From Escherichia coli (lineage in GTDB: Bacteria > Pseudomonadota > Gammaproteobacteria > Enterobacterales > Enterobacteriaceae), in assembly GCF_024502345.1 (NCBI RefSeq), contig NZ_JALDNN010000001.1: a stretch of 64,000 bases of DNA; one strand, 5' to 3'. The notes beneath the pieces were generated by a model. The model had not been told where the DNA came from, made no database searches, and saw only the letters and a program-made list of their open reading frames with translations. How positions within the stretch are numbered: position 1 is the first letter of the stretch; each line of letters starts with the position of its first letter. Below, piece by piece: positions 39,793 through 51,171 of the stretch. The position numbers and the translations under genes are program-made.

Positions 39793-40506
39793 ATGAATGT
39801 TAATTACCTGAATGATTCAGATCTGGATTTTCTCCAGCATTGCAGTGAGGAACAGTTGGCAAATTTCGCCCGATTGCTCACCCATAATGAAAAAGGCAAA
39901 ACTCGCCTCTCCAGCGTACTGATGCGCAACGAACTGTTTAAATCGATGGAAGGGCATCCCGAGCAACATCGCCGCAACTGGCAGCTGATTGCTGGAGAAT
40001 TACAGCATTTTGGTGGCGATAGTATCGCCAACAAACTGCGCGGACACGGTAAATTGTATCGGGCCATTTTGCTCGATGTTTCAAAACGATTGAAGCTGAA
40101 AGCCGACAAAGAGATGTCTACGTTTGAGATTGAGCAACAGTTACTGGAACAATTTCTGCGTAACACCTGGAAGAATATGGACGAGGAACATAAACAGGAG
40201 TTTCTGCACGCGGTCGATGCGAGGGTGAATGAGCTGGAAGAGCTGCTGCCGCTGCTGATGAAAGACAAATTATTGGCAAAAGGCGTGTCGCATTTGCTTT
40301 CCAGCCAACTGACCCGCATTTTACGCACCCACGCAGCAATGAGCGTACTTGGGCATGGTTTGCTGCGCGGCGCGGGGCTGGGAGGCCCTGTAGGTGCGGC
40401 ACTAAATGGGGTTAAAGCGGTCAGCGGCAGCGCCTATCGCGTGACGATTCCAGCCGTACTGCAAATCGCCTGCCTGCGCCGGATGGTTAGCGCCACTCAG
40501 GTCTGA
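39793..40506 (+). CDS. yaaW: Uncharacterised protein YaaW (237 aa)
   Basis: Full-length ORF between yaaI and satP. Confidence 0.88.
   Translation: MNVNYLNDSDLDFLQHCSEEQLANFARLLTHNEKGKTRLSSVLMRNELFKSMEGHPEQHRRNWQLIAGELQHFGGDSIANKLRGHGKLYRAILLDVSKRLKLKADKEMSTFEIEQQLLEQFLRNTWKNMDEEHKQEFLHAVDARVNELEELLPLLMKDKLLAKGVSHLLSSQLTRILRTHAAMSVLGHGLLRGAGLGGPVGAALNGVKAVSGSAYRVTIPAVLQIACLRRMVSATQV
39804..40319 (-). CDS. mbiA: Antisense overlapping ORF within yaaW (mbiA/htgA-like), doubtful coding status
   Basis: Open frame wholly inside yaaW on the opposite strand; start set at the MRVSWLES Met; Ser/Cys-rich low-complexity product. Confidence 0.3.
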   Translation of the reverse strand: MRVSWLESKCDTPFANNLSFISSGSSSSSSFTLASTACRNSCLCSSSIFFQVLRRNCSSNCCSISNVDISLSAFSFNRFETSSKMARYNLPCPRSLLAILSPPKCCNSPAISCQLRRCCSGCPSIDLNSSLRISTLERRVLPFSLWVSNRAKFANCSSLQCWRKSRSESFR

Positions 40507-40654
40507 TACCGGAAACCGGGGAAAATTTTCATTTTCCCCTCAAAAGATCGTAGACACTGCCCCACTGGCTGATTATTATGCCGCGCCCTGAAAACACTAC
40601 AGTTATTCAGGGAAATTATTTCACCATTCATTCGATGATGATTTTTGAGGAATT

Positions 40655-41221
40655 ATGGGCAACACTAAGTTGGCTAATCCGGCACCGCTGGGCCTGATGG
40701 GCTTCGGCATGACCACCATTCTGCTTAACCTGCACAACGTGGGTTATTTCGCTCTGGACGGTATTATTCTTGCCATGGGCATTTTCTACGGCGGCATCGC
40801 GCAAATTTTTGCTGGTCTGCTGGAGTACAAAAAAGGCAACACTTTCGGTTTAACCGCATTCACCTCTTACGGTTCTTTCTGGCTGACGCTGGTTGCGATT
40901 CTGCTGATGCCGAAACTGGGTCTGACCGATGCGCCAAATGCACAGTTCCTTGGTGTCTACCTGGGTCTGTGGGGCGTATTTACGCTGTTTATGTTCTTCG
41001 GCACGCTGAAAGGCGCACGCGTTCTGCAATTCGTTTTCTTTAGCCTGACCGTGCTGTTTGCCCTGCTGGCGATCGGTAACATTGCCGGTAACGCCGCAAT
41101 CATCCACTTTGCCGGCTGGATTGGGCTGATCTGCGGTGCCAGCGCAATCTATCTGGCGATGGGTGAAGTACTGAACGAGCAGTTTGGTCGCACCGTTCTG
41201 CCGATTGGTGAATCCCACTAA
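40655..41221 (+). CDS. satP: Succinate-acetate/proton symporter SatP (YaaH) (188 aa)
   Basis: Full-length 6-TM ORF. Confidence 0.93.
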   Translation: MGNTKLANPAPLGLMGFGMTTILLNLHNVGYFALDGIILAMGIFYGGIAQIFAGLLEYKKGNTFGLTAFTSYGSFWLTLVAILLMPKLGLTDAPNAQFLGVYLGLWGVFTLFMFFGTLKGARVLQFVFFSLTVLFALLAIGNIAGNAAIIHFAGWIGLICGASAIYLAMGEVLNEQFGRTVLPIGESH

Positions 41222-41229
41222 TTGTTTTG

Positions 41230-41258
41230 AGATCCCCCCGCTCGGGGGGATTTTTTTA
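41230..41258. terminator. Bidirectional intrinsic terminator between satP and mog
   Basis: Hairpin TCCCCCCG-CTC-GGGGGGA flanked by T run on + strand and A run equivalent on - strand. Confidence 0.7.
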
Positions 41259-41843
41259 TTCGCTAACGTCGCGTCTTGCACTCTTCGGTCTGAATGCTGC
41301 AACCACTTCCGGTGCCGTTTCAACGTATGGCCCTTCCAGCAACTGAATGCAGTACGGTACGCTGGCAAAAATACCGTGTACCACAACGTTACCCGCAGCG
41401 TCCTTCACACCTTCCAGCGTCTCTTTAATAGACTTCGGCTGACCGGGTAAGTTAAGGATCAGCGCCTGTTTGCGAATCACACCAACCTGACGCGAAAGGA
41501 TCGCAGTTGGTACAAAATGCAGGCTTATCTGGCGCATCTGTTCACCAAAGCCAGGCATCTCGCGGTCCGCTACTGCCAGCGTCGCATCGGGCGTTACGTC
41601 ACGACGCGCCGGGCCAGTTCCGCCCGTGGTGAGCACCAGATGGCAACTCATTTCATCCACTAGCTCACACAACGTTTGCTCGATGATCGCCTGCTCATCG
41701 GGGATTAAGCGGGTTTCCAGTTCAAACGGCGTGGTTAGCGCCGATGTCAGCCATTCTTCCAGCGCAGGGATGCCTTTATCCTGATAAACGCCGCTGGATG
41801 CGCGATCAGAGATGGAAACTAAGCCAATACGTAAAGTATTCAT
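41256..41843 (-). CDS. mog: Molybdopterin adenylyltransferase Mog (195 aa)
   Basis: Track ORF trimmed by one codon to MNTLRIGLVSISDRAS. Confidence 0.93.
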   Translation of the reverse strand: MNTLRIGLVSISDRASSGVYQDKGIPALEEWLTSALTTPFELETRLIPDEQAIIEQTLCELVDEMSCHLVLTTGGTGPARRDVTPDATLAVADREMPGFGEQMRQISLHFVPTAILSRQVGVIRKQALILNLPGQPKSIKETLEGVKDAAGNVVVHGIFASVPYCIQLLEGPYVETAPEVVAAFRPKSARRDVSE

Positions 41844-41957
41844 CAAGATTTTTCCGTTTAAACAGTCTCGTTAAACAGAATGATACACTGCGAAGGGAGT
41901 GACAGACAGGCTTCAGAAGAGGTAGCGTGACCGACTTCCCGGTCACGCTAAGAATGA

Positions 41958-42911
41958 TTACAGCAGATCGCCGATCATTTTTTCCAGTTTTTCCTGGTCA
42001 ATAGCAAACTTACGGATACCTTCCGCCAGTTTATCTACTGCCATTGGATCCTGGTTGTGCTGCCACAGGAACTCGGACTCAGTGATACGCGCCGGACGCG
42101 CTTTCACTTCGCCGGTGTAAGACAGTTTACGTTCGATAGCCCCTTCGCTCTCAGCCAGCTCTTTCAGCAGTGTAGGTGCGATGGTAAGACGGTCGCAGCC
42201 TGCCAGTTCCAGAATTTCGCCGATGTTACGGAAGCTTGCGCCCATAACCACGGTTTCATAACCGTGCTCTTTGTAGTACTGGTAGATTTCAGATACAGAA
42301 ACCACGCCCGGATCTTCTGCCGGAGCGTACTCTTTCTTATCAGTATTCGCTTTGTACCAGTCAAGAATACGGCCAACAAATGGCGAGATCAGGAACACGC
42401 CTGCTTCCGCACAAGCACGAGCCTGAGCGAAGGAGAACAGCAGGGTCAGGTTACAGTTGATGCCTTCTTTTTCCAGCTGTTCTGCAGCACGGATACCCTG
42501 CCAGGTAGAAGCCAGTTTGATCAGAATACGATCGTTGCTAATACCAGCATCGTTGTAGAGTTTGATCAGGCGTTTTGCTTTCGCAATTGACGCTTCGGTG
42601 TCATAGGAAAGACGCGCATCAACTTCAGTTGAGATACGACCCGGAACCAGTTTCAGGATTTCCAGACCAATATTTACTGCCAGTTTGTCGGTCGCGTCCA
42701 CGATCTGCTGCGCGCGATCGTTGCTCTGCTGTTTCGCCCAGGCGACAGCATCATCAATCAACTTACGGTATTCCGGAATCTGCGCTGCGTTAAGAATGAG
42801 AGAAGGGTTGGTTGTGGCATCCTGCGGTTGATACAGCTTCATTGCCGCGATGTCCCCAGTGTCGGCCACTACGGTGGTGTACTGACGAAGGGAGGTCAAT
42901 TTGTCCGTCAT
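41958..42911 (-). CDS. talB: Transaldolase B (317 aa)
   Basis: Track ORF trimmed to [20 protein letters not shown]. Confidence 0.95.
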   Translation of the reverse strand: MTDKLTSLRQYTTVVADTGDIAAMKLYQPQDATTNPSLILNAAQIPEYRKLIDDAVAWAKQQSNDRAQQIVDATDKLAVNIGLEILKLVPGRISTEVDARLSYDTEASIAKAKRLIKLYNDAGISNDRILIKLASTWQGIRAAEQLEKEGINCNLTLLFSFAQARACAEAGVFLISPFVGRILDWYKANTDKKEYAPAEDPGVVSVSEIYQYYKEHGYETVVMGASFRNIGEILELAGCDRLTIAPTLLKELAESEGAIERKLSYTGEVKARPARITESEFLWQHNQDPMAVDKLAEGIRKFAIDQEKLEKMIGDLL

Positions 42912-43189
42912 GATAGTATTTCTCTTTAAACAGCTTGTTAGGGGGATGTAACCGGTCTGCCCTGATGATATCACGACGCAACGTCAGCGCAACCGCCGAC
43001 AAGACGGTTATCGCCAGGCGAGACTGTTTCGGATTTCTGACACTGCGTTGATATCGCCCGCCATTTTTATACAAAACCTCATGTATGCTACGCAGAAGTT
43101 ATCAAGTACCTCGTAGCGTATATACTTCTTAAACAATTGGTAACGTTTACACAGGAAAGTCATCGCGACCGGCAATAAGAGGGATATGC

Positions 43190-44620
43190 ATGCCAGATTT
43201 TTTCTCCTTTATTAACAGCGTCCTTTGGGGATCGGTAATGATTTACCTGCTCTTCGGCGCAGGTTGTTGGTTCACTTTTCGCACCGGATTTGTGCAGTTT
43301 CGCTACATCCGCCAGTTTGGCAAAAGTCTTAAAAATAGCATTCATCCACAGCCAGGCGGTTTAACCTCATTTCAGTCATTGTGTACCAGTCTTGCGGCGC
43401 GCGTGGGTAGCGGCAACCTGGCCGGCGTTGCGCTGGCAATTACCGCCGGTGGACCTGGAGCCGTCTTTTGGATGTGGGTTGCCGCGTTTATCGGCATGGC
43501 GACCTCGTTTGCCGAATGTTCTCTGGCACAACTTTATAAAGAACGTGACGTCAATGGGCAGTTTCGTGGCGGACCGGCATGGTATATGGCGCGCGGGCTG
43601 GGGATGCGCTGGATGGGCGTTCTGTTCGCCGTCTTTTTGCTCATCGCCTACGGCATAATTTTCAGCGGAGTTCAGGCAAACGCTGTTGCCCGAGCCCTGA
43701 GTTTTTCTTTTGATTTTCCCCCGCTGGTGACAGGCATTATTCTCGCTGTCTTTGCTCTGCTGGCAATCACTCGCGGTCTTCATGGCGTCGCCCGGCTCAT
43801 GCAGGGGTTTGTCCCGTTGATGGCGATAATCTGGGTACTGACCAGCCTGGTGATTTGCGTAATAAATATCGGGCAACTTCCCCACGTCATTTGGTCTATT
43901 TTTGAGAGTGCTTTTGGCTGGCAGGAAGCGGCAGGCGGCGCGGCGGGATATACCTTAAGCCAGGCGATTACTAACGGTTTTCAGCGCAGTATGTTTTCCA
44001 ATGAGGCGGGAATGGGTTCGACGCCAAACGCGGCAGCGGCAGCGGCGTCCTGGCCTCCGCATCCGGCAGCGCAAGGAATTGTCCAGATGATTGGCATTTT
44101 TATCGACACCCTGGTCATCTGTACGGCAAGCGCCATGCTGATATTACTGGCGGGTAACGGCACAACCTACATGCCGCTGGAAGGTATTCAGCTTATCCAG
44201 AAGGCGATGCGGGTGCTAATGGGTTCCTGGGGTGCTGAGTTTGTTACCCTCGTGGTTATTCTGTTTGCCTTCAGCTCCATCGTTGCCAACTACATTTATG
44301 CCGAAAACAATCTCTTCTTTTTACGCCTGAACAACCCTAAAGCGATCTGGTGTTTGCGGATCTGCACCTTCGCAACGGTCATCGGCGGCACCTTGCTAAG
44401 CCTTCCGCTGATGTGGCAACTGGCAGATATCATAATGGCCTGCATGGCTATTACCAATTTGACCGCCATTTTACTGCTCTCGCCTGTGGTTCATACCATT
44501 GCCAGTGATTATCTACGCCAGCGTAAACTCGGCGTGCGCCCGGTGTTTGATCCGTTGCGTTATCCGGATATCGGTCGCCAGCTTTCTCGGGACGCGTGGG
44601 ATGATGTTTCGCAGGAGTAA
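43190..44620 (+). CDS. yaaJ: Alanine/glycine:cation symporter family transporter (476 aa)
   Basis: Full-length multi-TM ORF. Confidence 0.92.
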   Translation: MPDFFSFINSVLWGSVMIYLLFGAGCWFTFRTGFVQFRYIRQFGKSLKNSIHPQPGGLTSFQSLCTSLAARVGSGNLAGVALAITAGGPGAVFWMWVAAFIGMATSFAECSLAQLYKERDVNGQFRGGPAWYMARGLGMRWMGVLFAVFLLIAYGIIFSGVQANAVARALSFSFDFPPLVTGIILAVFALLAITRGLHGVARLMQGFVPLMAIIWVLTSLVICVINIGQLPHVIWSIFESAFGWQEAAGGAAGYTLSQAITNGFQRSMFSNEAGMGSTPNAAAAAASWPPHPAAQGIVQMIGIFIDTLVICTASAMLILLAGNGTTYMPLEGIQLIQKAMRVLMGSWGAEFVTLVVILFAFSSIVANYIYAENNLFFLRLNNPKAIWCLRICTFATVIGGTLLSLPLMWQLADIIMACMAITNLTAILLLSPVVHTIASDYLRQRKLGVRPVFDPLRYPDIGRQLSRDAWDDVSQE

Positions 44621-44689
44621 TCACAACTATCGATCAACTCATTCTCGTTTTTTGCTAAAGTCGGCATAAATTTCCTGCAAGGACTGGAT

Positions 44690-45466
44690 ATGCTGATTCT
44701 TATTTCACCTGCGAAAACGCTTGATTACCAAAGCCCGTTGACCACCACGCGATATACACTGCCGGAGCTGTTAGACAATTCCCAGCAGTTGATCCATGAA
44801 GTGCGGAAACTGACGCCTCCGCAGATTAGCACGCTGATGCGTATCAGCGACAAACTGGCAGGTATCAACGCCGCTCGCTTTCATGACTGGCAGCCAGATT
44901 TCACGCCGGAGAATGCCCGCCAGGCGATTCTGGCGTTTAAAGGTGATGTCTACACCGGCTTGCAGGCCGAAACCTTCAGCGAAGACGATTTCGATTTTGC
45001 CCAACAGCATTTGCGAATGCTTTCCGGCTTGTATGGCGTACTGCGCCCACTCGATTTAATGCAGCCTTATCGTCTGGAAATGGGGATCCGTCTTGAGAAT
45101 GCCCGAGGGAAAGATCTGTATCAATTCTGGGGAGATATCATCACCAACAAGCTGAACGAGGCGCTCGCAGCACAAGGCGATAATGTGGTGATTAATCTGG
45201 CGTCAGATGAGTATTTTAAATCGGTGAAGCCGAAGAAATTGAATGCCGAGATTATCAAGCCGGTGTTCCTCGATGAGAAGAACGGCAAATTTAAGATAAT
45301 CAGCTTCTACGCTAAGAAAGCACGCGGTCTGATGAGTCGTTTCATTATTGAAAATCGGCTGACCAAACCAGAGCAACTGACTGGTTTTAATAGCGAAGGT
45401 TACTTCTTTGATGAAGCTTCCTCCAGCAATGGCGAACTGGTGTTTAAACGCTACGAGCAGCGTTAA
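44690..45466 (+). CDS. yaaA: Peroxide stress resistance protein YaaA, DUF328 (258 aa)
   Basis: Full-length ORF. Confidence 0.92.
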   Translation: MLILISPAKTLDYQSPLTTTRYTLPELLDNSQQLIHEVRKLTPPQISTLMRISDKLAGINAARFHDWQPDFTPENARQAILAFKGDVYTGLQAETFSEDDFDFAQQHLRMLSGLYGVLRPLDLMQPYRLEMGIRLENARGKDLYQFWGDIITNKLNEALAAQGDNVVINLASDEYFKSVKPKKLNAEIIKPVFLDEKNGKFKIISFYAKKARGLMSRFIIENRLTKPEQLTGFNSEGYFFDEASSSNGELVFKRYEQR

Positions 45467-45478
45467 GTTTGTAGTCAA

Positions 45479-45590
45479 TGCCGGATGCGGCGTGAACGCC
45501 TTATCCGGCCTACAAAAGCATGCAGATTCAATATATTGCAGAATTCACGTAGGCCTGATAAGACGCGCCAGCGTCGCATCAGGCGCTGAA
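45479..45590. repeat. REP/BIME palindromic element cluster
   Basis: GCCGGATGCGGCGTGAACGCCTTATCCGGCCTAC and inverted GTAGGCCTGATAAGACGCGCCAGCGTCGCATCAGGC between yaaA and yaaX. Confidence 0.75.
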
Positions 45591-45618
45591 TGCCGGATTG
45601 TTACCCGGCATTTGTCAT

Positions 45619-45915
45619 TTAGCGGTGATGTTTGCCTGGACCATGACCGCCGTGATGATCATGATGAGCTTTCTTATGGTGACGCGGCGGTGGCGGCGGT
45701 CCGTGTGGGTGCCAGCGATTGCCTCGCCATTCATAATGTTGTTTCCACCAGCCGTGGTCGCGCCAGTGACCGCCATCCCAGTAATAGCCACGATTATCAC
45801 GATCGCCTATCTGTAATTTTACTGACGGGACTAACGTAATTTCCGCAGCCTGCGTTGCCATGGGAGCGACCAGAACCAGGGAAAGTGCGAGTACGATAGA
45901 TTGCATCTTTTTCAC
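45619..45915 (-). CDS. yaaX: Small secreted His/Trp/Gly/Pro-rich protein YaaX (98 aa)
   Basis: Signal peptide [23 protein letters not shown] followed by a low-complexity HWRG-rich mature region. Confidence 0.85.
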   Translation of the reverse strand: MKKMQSIVLALSLVLVAPMATQAAEITLVPSVKLQIGDRDNRGYYWDGGHWRDHGWWKQHYEWRGNRWHPHGPPPPPRHHKKAHHDHHGGHGPGKHHR

Positions 45916-46072
45916 AGGTTACTCCTTTTATCATTGCCCGTTATGGGTCGATATCCGGAGATTACGCGATGAGAACGGCGGTTGTTATTCTCCGCAATCC
46001 TAATCTCTAAGTTACCGCATTTATTGAGAATTTCTCCTTTTTCCCTGTCGTTTCTCTCCATATTTTCTTCAC

Positions 46073-46110
46073 AAAAAAGCCGGGCTGCATAAAAGCAAAC
46101 CCGGCCTGAT
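46073..46110 (-). terminator. Intrinsic terminator of the thr operon
   Basis: Hairpin GCCGGG...CCCGGC followed by a T run on the thrC strand just after its stop. Confidence 0.7.
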
Positions 46111-46128
46111 TGAGATAATGAATAGATG

Positions 46129-47415
46129 TTACTGATGATTCATCATCAATTTACGCAACGCAGCAAAATCGGCGGGCAGATTATGCGAAAGCAAGGGTAA
46201 ATCGGCACGTTCTGCCAGCTCTTTTGGCAGATCCAACGTTTCACCGAGAATCGCTTCCACGCTCTCTTTAAATTTCGCCGGATGCGCGGTGCCGAGGAAC
46301 AAGCCATATTCGCCTGGATTCAACTGGTCACGCAGCGCACGATACGCTACGGCAGCGTGCGGCTCCGAGGTGTAGCCCAGTTCTTTTAACTCACGCATTG
46401 TCTGTTGCGTGGTTTCATCATCCACGGCTGCATAACCCAGCTCTTTCAGTTGCCAGATTTTGCGGCGGAACAACTCTTCCACACGCGGCCAGTTGTTCGG
46501 CTGACTCACGTCCATCGCGTTGGATAACGTCGCCTGAGTCGCTTTGGGTGACCACTGACCGTCATGCAGGAAACGTGGCACGGTATCGTTCACGTTGGTC
46601 GCAGCAATAAAACGTTTCACCGGCAGACCGAGTGACTTCGCCAGCAGACCCGCCGTCAAATCGCCGAAGTTTCCGCTTGGCACCGAGACAACCAGCTGGT
46701 TGCGCGCCTCCTGCGGCAGCTGCGCAACAGCTTCAAAGTAGTAGCAAATCTGCGCCAGCAAACGGCTGATGTTAATCGAGTTAGCCGAGTTTAACCCCAG
46801 CGCCACTTTCAGCTCTTCATCATCAAACGCCTGCTTCACCAGCGCCTGACAGGCATCGAAATCGCCGTCGATGGCAACAGTTTCGATATTGCCGCCCAAT
46901 GTACAGAACAGTTTTTCTTGCAGTGGACTGATTTTGCCTCGTGGATAGAGGATAACCACTTTCACATTCGGTAAACCGTAGAAAGCATGAGCCACTGCCG
47001 CTCCGGTATCACCGGAGGTCGCGGTCAGAATGGTCACTGGCTTATCGCCCGCAATATGGGTCAGCATTTGTGCCATAAAGCGACCGCCGAAATCTTTAAA
47101 TGCCAGCGTTGGCCCGTGGAACAATTCCAGACAACCGACATCGCTTTCAACATTGGCGACCGGAGCCGGGAAGGCAAACGCCGCGCGCACGCGCTCTTCC
47201 AGGATTTCCTGCGGGATTTCATCACCAATAAACGCCGAGAGGATCTTCGCACTGCGGGTGACAAAATCCAGCTTCAGCATCTCATCAATTTCAGTCAGGC
47301 TGAATTCCGGCAGGTCGTGCGGAAAAAACAGCCCCTGATTTTTGCCCAACCCCTGGGTTACGGCTTGCGCAAAGCTGACCTGCTCATTGTGATCTTTAAG
47401 ATTGTAGAGTTTCAT
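46129..47415 (-). CDS. thrC: Threonine synthase (428 aa)
   Basis: Full-length ORF; last gene of thrLABC. Confidence 0.97.
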   Translation of the reverse strand: MKLYNLKDHNEQVSFAQAVTQGLGKNQGLFFPHDLPEFSLTEIDEMLKLDFVTRSAKILSAFIGDEIPQEILEERVRAAFAFPAPVANVESDVGCLELFHGPTLAFKDFGGRFMAQMLTHIAGDKPVTILTATSGDTGAAVAHAFYGLPNVKVVILYPRGKISPLQEKLFCTLGGNIETVAIDGDFDACQALVKQAFDDEELKVALGLNSANSINISRLLAQICYYFEAVAQLPQEARNQLVVSVPSGNFGDLTAGLLAKSLGLPVKRFIAATNVNDTVPRFLHDGQWSPKATQATLSNAMDVSQPNNWPRVEELFRRKIWQLKELGYAAVDDETTQQTMRELKELGYTSEPHAAVAYRALRDQLNPGEYGLFLGTAHPAKFKESVEAILGETLDLPKELAERADLPLLSHNLPADFAALRKLMMNHQ

Positions 47416-48348
47416 TTAGTTTTCCAGTACTCGTGCGCCCGCCGTATCCAGCCGGCAAATATGAACAAAACCTTCCTGATTTTGCAGGTAGTTCTTACCC
47501 AACCAGTCGGCAACGCGCTGGGCGGTATCCGGCTTGTCACACAGAGCGAACAAGGTCGGGCCGGAGCCGGAGATACCGCTCGCTACCGCGCCGATTTCCG
47601 CGACCGCCTGCCGCGCCTGCCGGAAGCCAGGCAGTAACCGTTCACGGTAGGGTTCTGCGATAACATCTTTCATCAGCTTCGCGGCAAGCTCAGGCTGACG
47701 GGAATAGCAAGCGTGAATGAAGCCTGCCAGATGTCGCCCGTGCGCAATGCAATCCTGGCGGCGATACTGCGCCGGTAAAATAGCCCGGGCTTCTGCCGTC
47801 GAGACTTTAATCCCCGGATACGCCAGCACCCACAGCCACTCATCAAACCCTGGCACTTGCTGGCTGATGATGTCGTTTTCTTCGATCATCAACTGCATAC
47901 CACCAAGAAAACACGGTGCCACGTTGTCGTAATGAATGCTGCCGGAGATTCGTCCTTCCAGCTCGCCCATCAAAGCCAGCAAACGAGTGTCATTAAGCGG
48001 CTTGCCACAGTGTTCATTCATCGCCATCAGCGCCGCGACCACCGAACAGGCGCTGGAGCCTAAGCCCGAACCGATCGGCATATTCTTTTCCAGAGTCATC
48101 GCCACTGGAATTTGCTTCCCAAGCTCCTGGCAAAAACGCTCCCAGCACTGATAAACGATATTTTCCCGTGGTTCTGACGGCAGCTTATCGGCAAAGCGTC
48201 CGAGGTTGTTGAGACTGAATGTCTCTGCCGCCTCAACCGTGACTACATCTCCGAGCAATGCACCATCAACGGGTGTCACCGCCGCCCCGAGCACATCAAA
48301 CCCGACGCTCATATTGGCACTGGAAGCCGGGGCATAAACTTTAACCAT
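47416..48348 (-). CDS. thrB: Homoserine kinase (310 aa)
   Basis: Full-length ORF contiguous with thrA and thrC. Confidence 0.97.
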
Positions 48349-48349
48349 G

Positions 48350-50812
48350 TCAGACTCCTAACTTCCATGAGAGGGTACGTAGCAGATCGGCAAAGACACC
48401 GGCAGCGGTAACGTCATTGCCCGCACCATATCCGCGCAGCACCAACGGCAGCGGCTGATAATAGTGGCTATAGAAGGCCAGGGCGTTTTCGCCATTTTTC
48501 ACTTTGAACAGCGGATCATTACCATCCACTTCGGCAATCTTCACGCGGCAGACGCCATCTTCATCAATATTGCCAACATAGCGCAAAACTTTTCCTTCAT
48601 CACGGGCCTTCGCCACGCGCGCGGCAAAGAGATCGTCGAGCTGTGACAGATTCGCCATAAAAGCGGCAACATCACCCTCGGCGTTAAACTCTGCGGGCAG
48701 CACAGGTTCAATTTCAATATCCGCCAGCTCCAGTTCACGTCCCGTTTCACGAGCGAGAATTAATAGTTTACGCGCTACATCCATACCAGAAAGATCATCT
48801 CGCGGATCCGGTTCGGTATAACCCATTTCCCGCGCCAGCGTAGTCGCCTCGGAGAAACTCATGCCTTCGTCTAACTTGCCGAAGATATAAGAAAGCGAAC
48901 CTGAAAGAATGCCGGAGAACTTCATCAATTCATCACCAGCATTGAGCAGATTTTGCAGGTTCTCAATAACCGGTAATCCAGCCCCAACGTTGGTGTCATA
49001 GAGGAATTTACGCCGCGATTTTTCCGCCGCATGACGCAACAGATGGTAGTAATCCATCGACGAGGTGTTGGCCTTTTTGTTCGGCGTGACAACGTGGAAA
49101 CCTTCGCGCAAGAAGTCGGCATATTGATCCGCCACTGCCTGGCTGGAGGTGCAGTCAACAATGACCGGGTTTAGCAGATGATATTCTTTCACGAGGCGAA
49201 TTAAGCGCCCGAGATTAAACGGCTCTTTGGCTTGCGCCAGTTCTTCCTGCCAGTTTTCCAGATTTAGGCCATGCACATTGGTGAGCAGAGCCTTCGAGTT
49301 AGCAACACCGCAGACACGTAAGTCGATATGTTTATTCTTCAACCAGCTTTGCTGACGCTTCAGTTGCTCCAGCAGCGCACCGCCAACGCCACCGACGCCA
49401 ATCACAAACACTTCGATAACCTGATCGGTATTGAACAGCATCTGATGAGTAACGCGCACGCCAGTGGTCGCATCATCGTTATTTACCACGACAGAGATTG
49501 AGCGTTCAGAAGATCCCTGAGCAATAGCGACAATGTTGATATTGGCGCGGGCCAGCGCGGCAAAGAATTTCGCCGAGATCCCACGCAAGGTACGCATACC
49601 ATCACCTACCACCGAGATAATGGCCAGCCGTTCCGTCACCGCCAGCGGCTCCAGTAAGCCTTCTTTCAGTTCCAGGTAGAACTCTTCCTGCATTGCCCGT
49701 TCAGCTCGCACACAGTCGCTTTGTGGAACGCAGAAACTGATACTGTATTCGGAAGATGATTGCGTAATCAGCACCACGGAAATACGGGCGCGTGACATCG
49801 CTGCAAAGACGCGCGCCGCCATGCCGACCATTCCTTTCATCCCCGGGCCGGAAACGCTGAACATTGCCATGTTATTCAGATTGGAAATGCCCTTGACCGG
49901 TAATTCGTCTTCATCACGACTGGCACCAATGAGCGTACCTGGTGCTTGAGGATTTCCGGTATTTTTAATCAGGCAAGGGATCTGGAACTGGGCGATGGGG
50001 GTAATGGTACGGGGGTGAAGAACTTTAGCGCCGAAGTAAGAAAGCTCCATCGCTTCCTGGTAGGACATCGATTTCAACAACCTCGCATCGGGCACCTGAC
50101 GCGGGTCGCAGGTATATACCCCGTCAACGTCCGTCCAAATCTCGCAACAATCGGCGCGTAAACAGGCAGCCAGCACCGCCGCGGAGTAGTCGGAACCGTT
50201 GCGTCCAAGTACCACCAGTTCGCCTTTTTCATTACCGGCGGTGAAACCTGCCATCAGCACCATGTGATCAGCCGGAATACGACTTGCCGCAATACGGCGG
50301 GTGGACTCAGCAATATCGACGGTAGATTCGAGGTAATGCCCCACTGCCAGCAGTTTTTCGACCGGATCGATAACGGTAACGTTGTGACCACGCGCTTCTA
50401 ACACGCCGGCCATAATGGCGATTGACATTTTCTCGCCACGGCAAATCAGCGCAGCGTTAATGCTATCCGGGCACTGCCCTAACAAACTAATGCCATGCAG
50501 GACATGTTTTATTTGAGCAAATTCCTGGTCGACGAAAGTTTTCAATTGCGCCAGCGGGAATCCCGGCTGGGCGGCGGCGAGTCCCGTCAGAAGTTCGGCA
50601 AAAATACGTTCGGCATCGCTGATATTGGGTAAAGCATCCTGGCCGCTAATGGTTTTTTCAATCATCGCCACCAGGTGGTTGGTGATTTTGGCGGGGGCAG
50701 AGAGGACGGTGGCCACCTGCCCCTGCCTGGCATTGCTTTCCAGAATATCGGCAACCCGCAGAAAACGTTCTGCATTTGCCACTGATGTACCGCCGAACTT
50801 CAACACTCGCAT
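48350..50812 (-). CDS. thrA: Bifunctional aspartokinase I / homoserine dehydrogenase I (820 aa)
   Basis: Track ORF trimmed to [17 protein letters not shown]. Confidence 0.97.
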
Positions 50813-50837
50813 GGTTGTTACCTCGTTACCTTTGGTC

Positions 50838-50878
50838 GAAAAAAAAGCCCGCACTGTCAGGTGCGGGCTTTTTTCTGT
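50838..50878 (-). terminator. thr operon attenuator (leader terminator)
   Basis: A-run, hairpin AGCCCGCACCTGACAGTGCGGGCT, then T-run on the thr strand between thrL and thrA. Confidence 0.85.
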
Positions 50879-50892
50879 GTTTCCTGTACGCG

Positions 50893-50961
<69 letters not shown>

Positions 50962-51171
50962 TGTTGTGTACTCTGTAATTTTTATCTGTCTGTGCGCTAT
51001 GCCTATATTGGTTAAAGTATTTAGTGACCTAAGTCAATAAAATTTTAATTTACTCACGGCAGGTAACCAGTTCAGAAGCTGCTGTCAGAGACTCTTTTTT
51101 TAATCCACACAGAGACATATTGCCCGTTGCAGTCAGAATGAAAAGCTGAAAAATACTTACTAAGGCGTTTT

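Noticed and set aside
51100-51171. Apparent discontinuity where the sequence passes the K-12 coordinate origin
   Set aside because: The origin is an arbitrary numbering convention; the sequence is collinear across it (lasT on one side, thrL on the other) with no sign of a junction or insertion.
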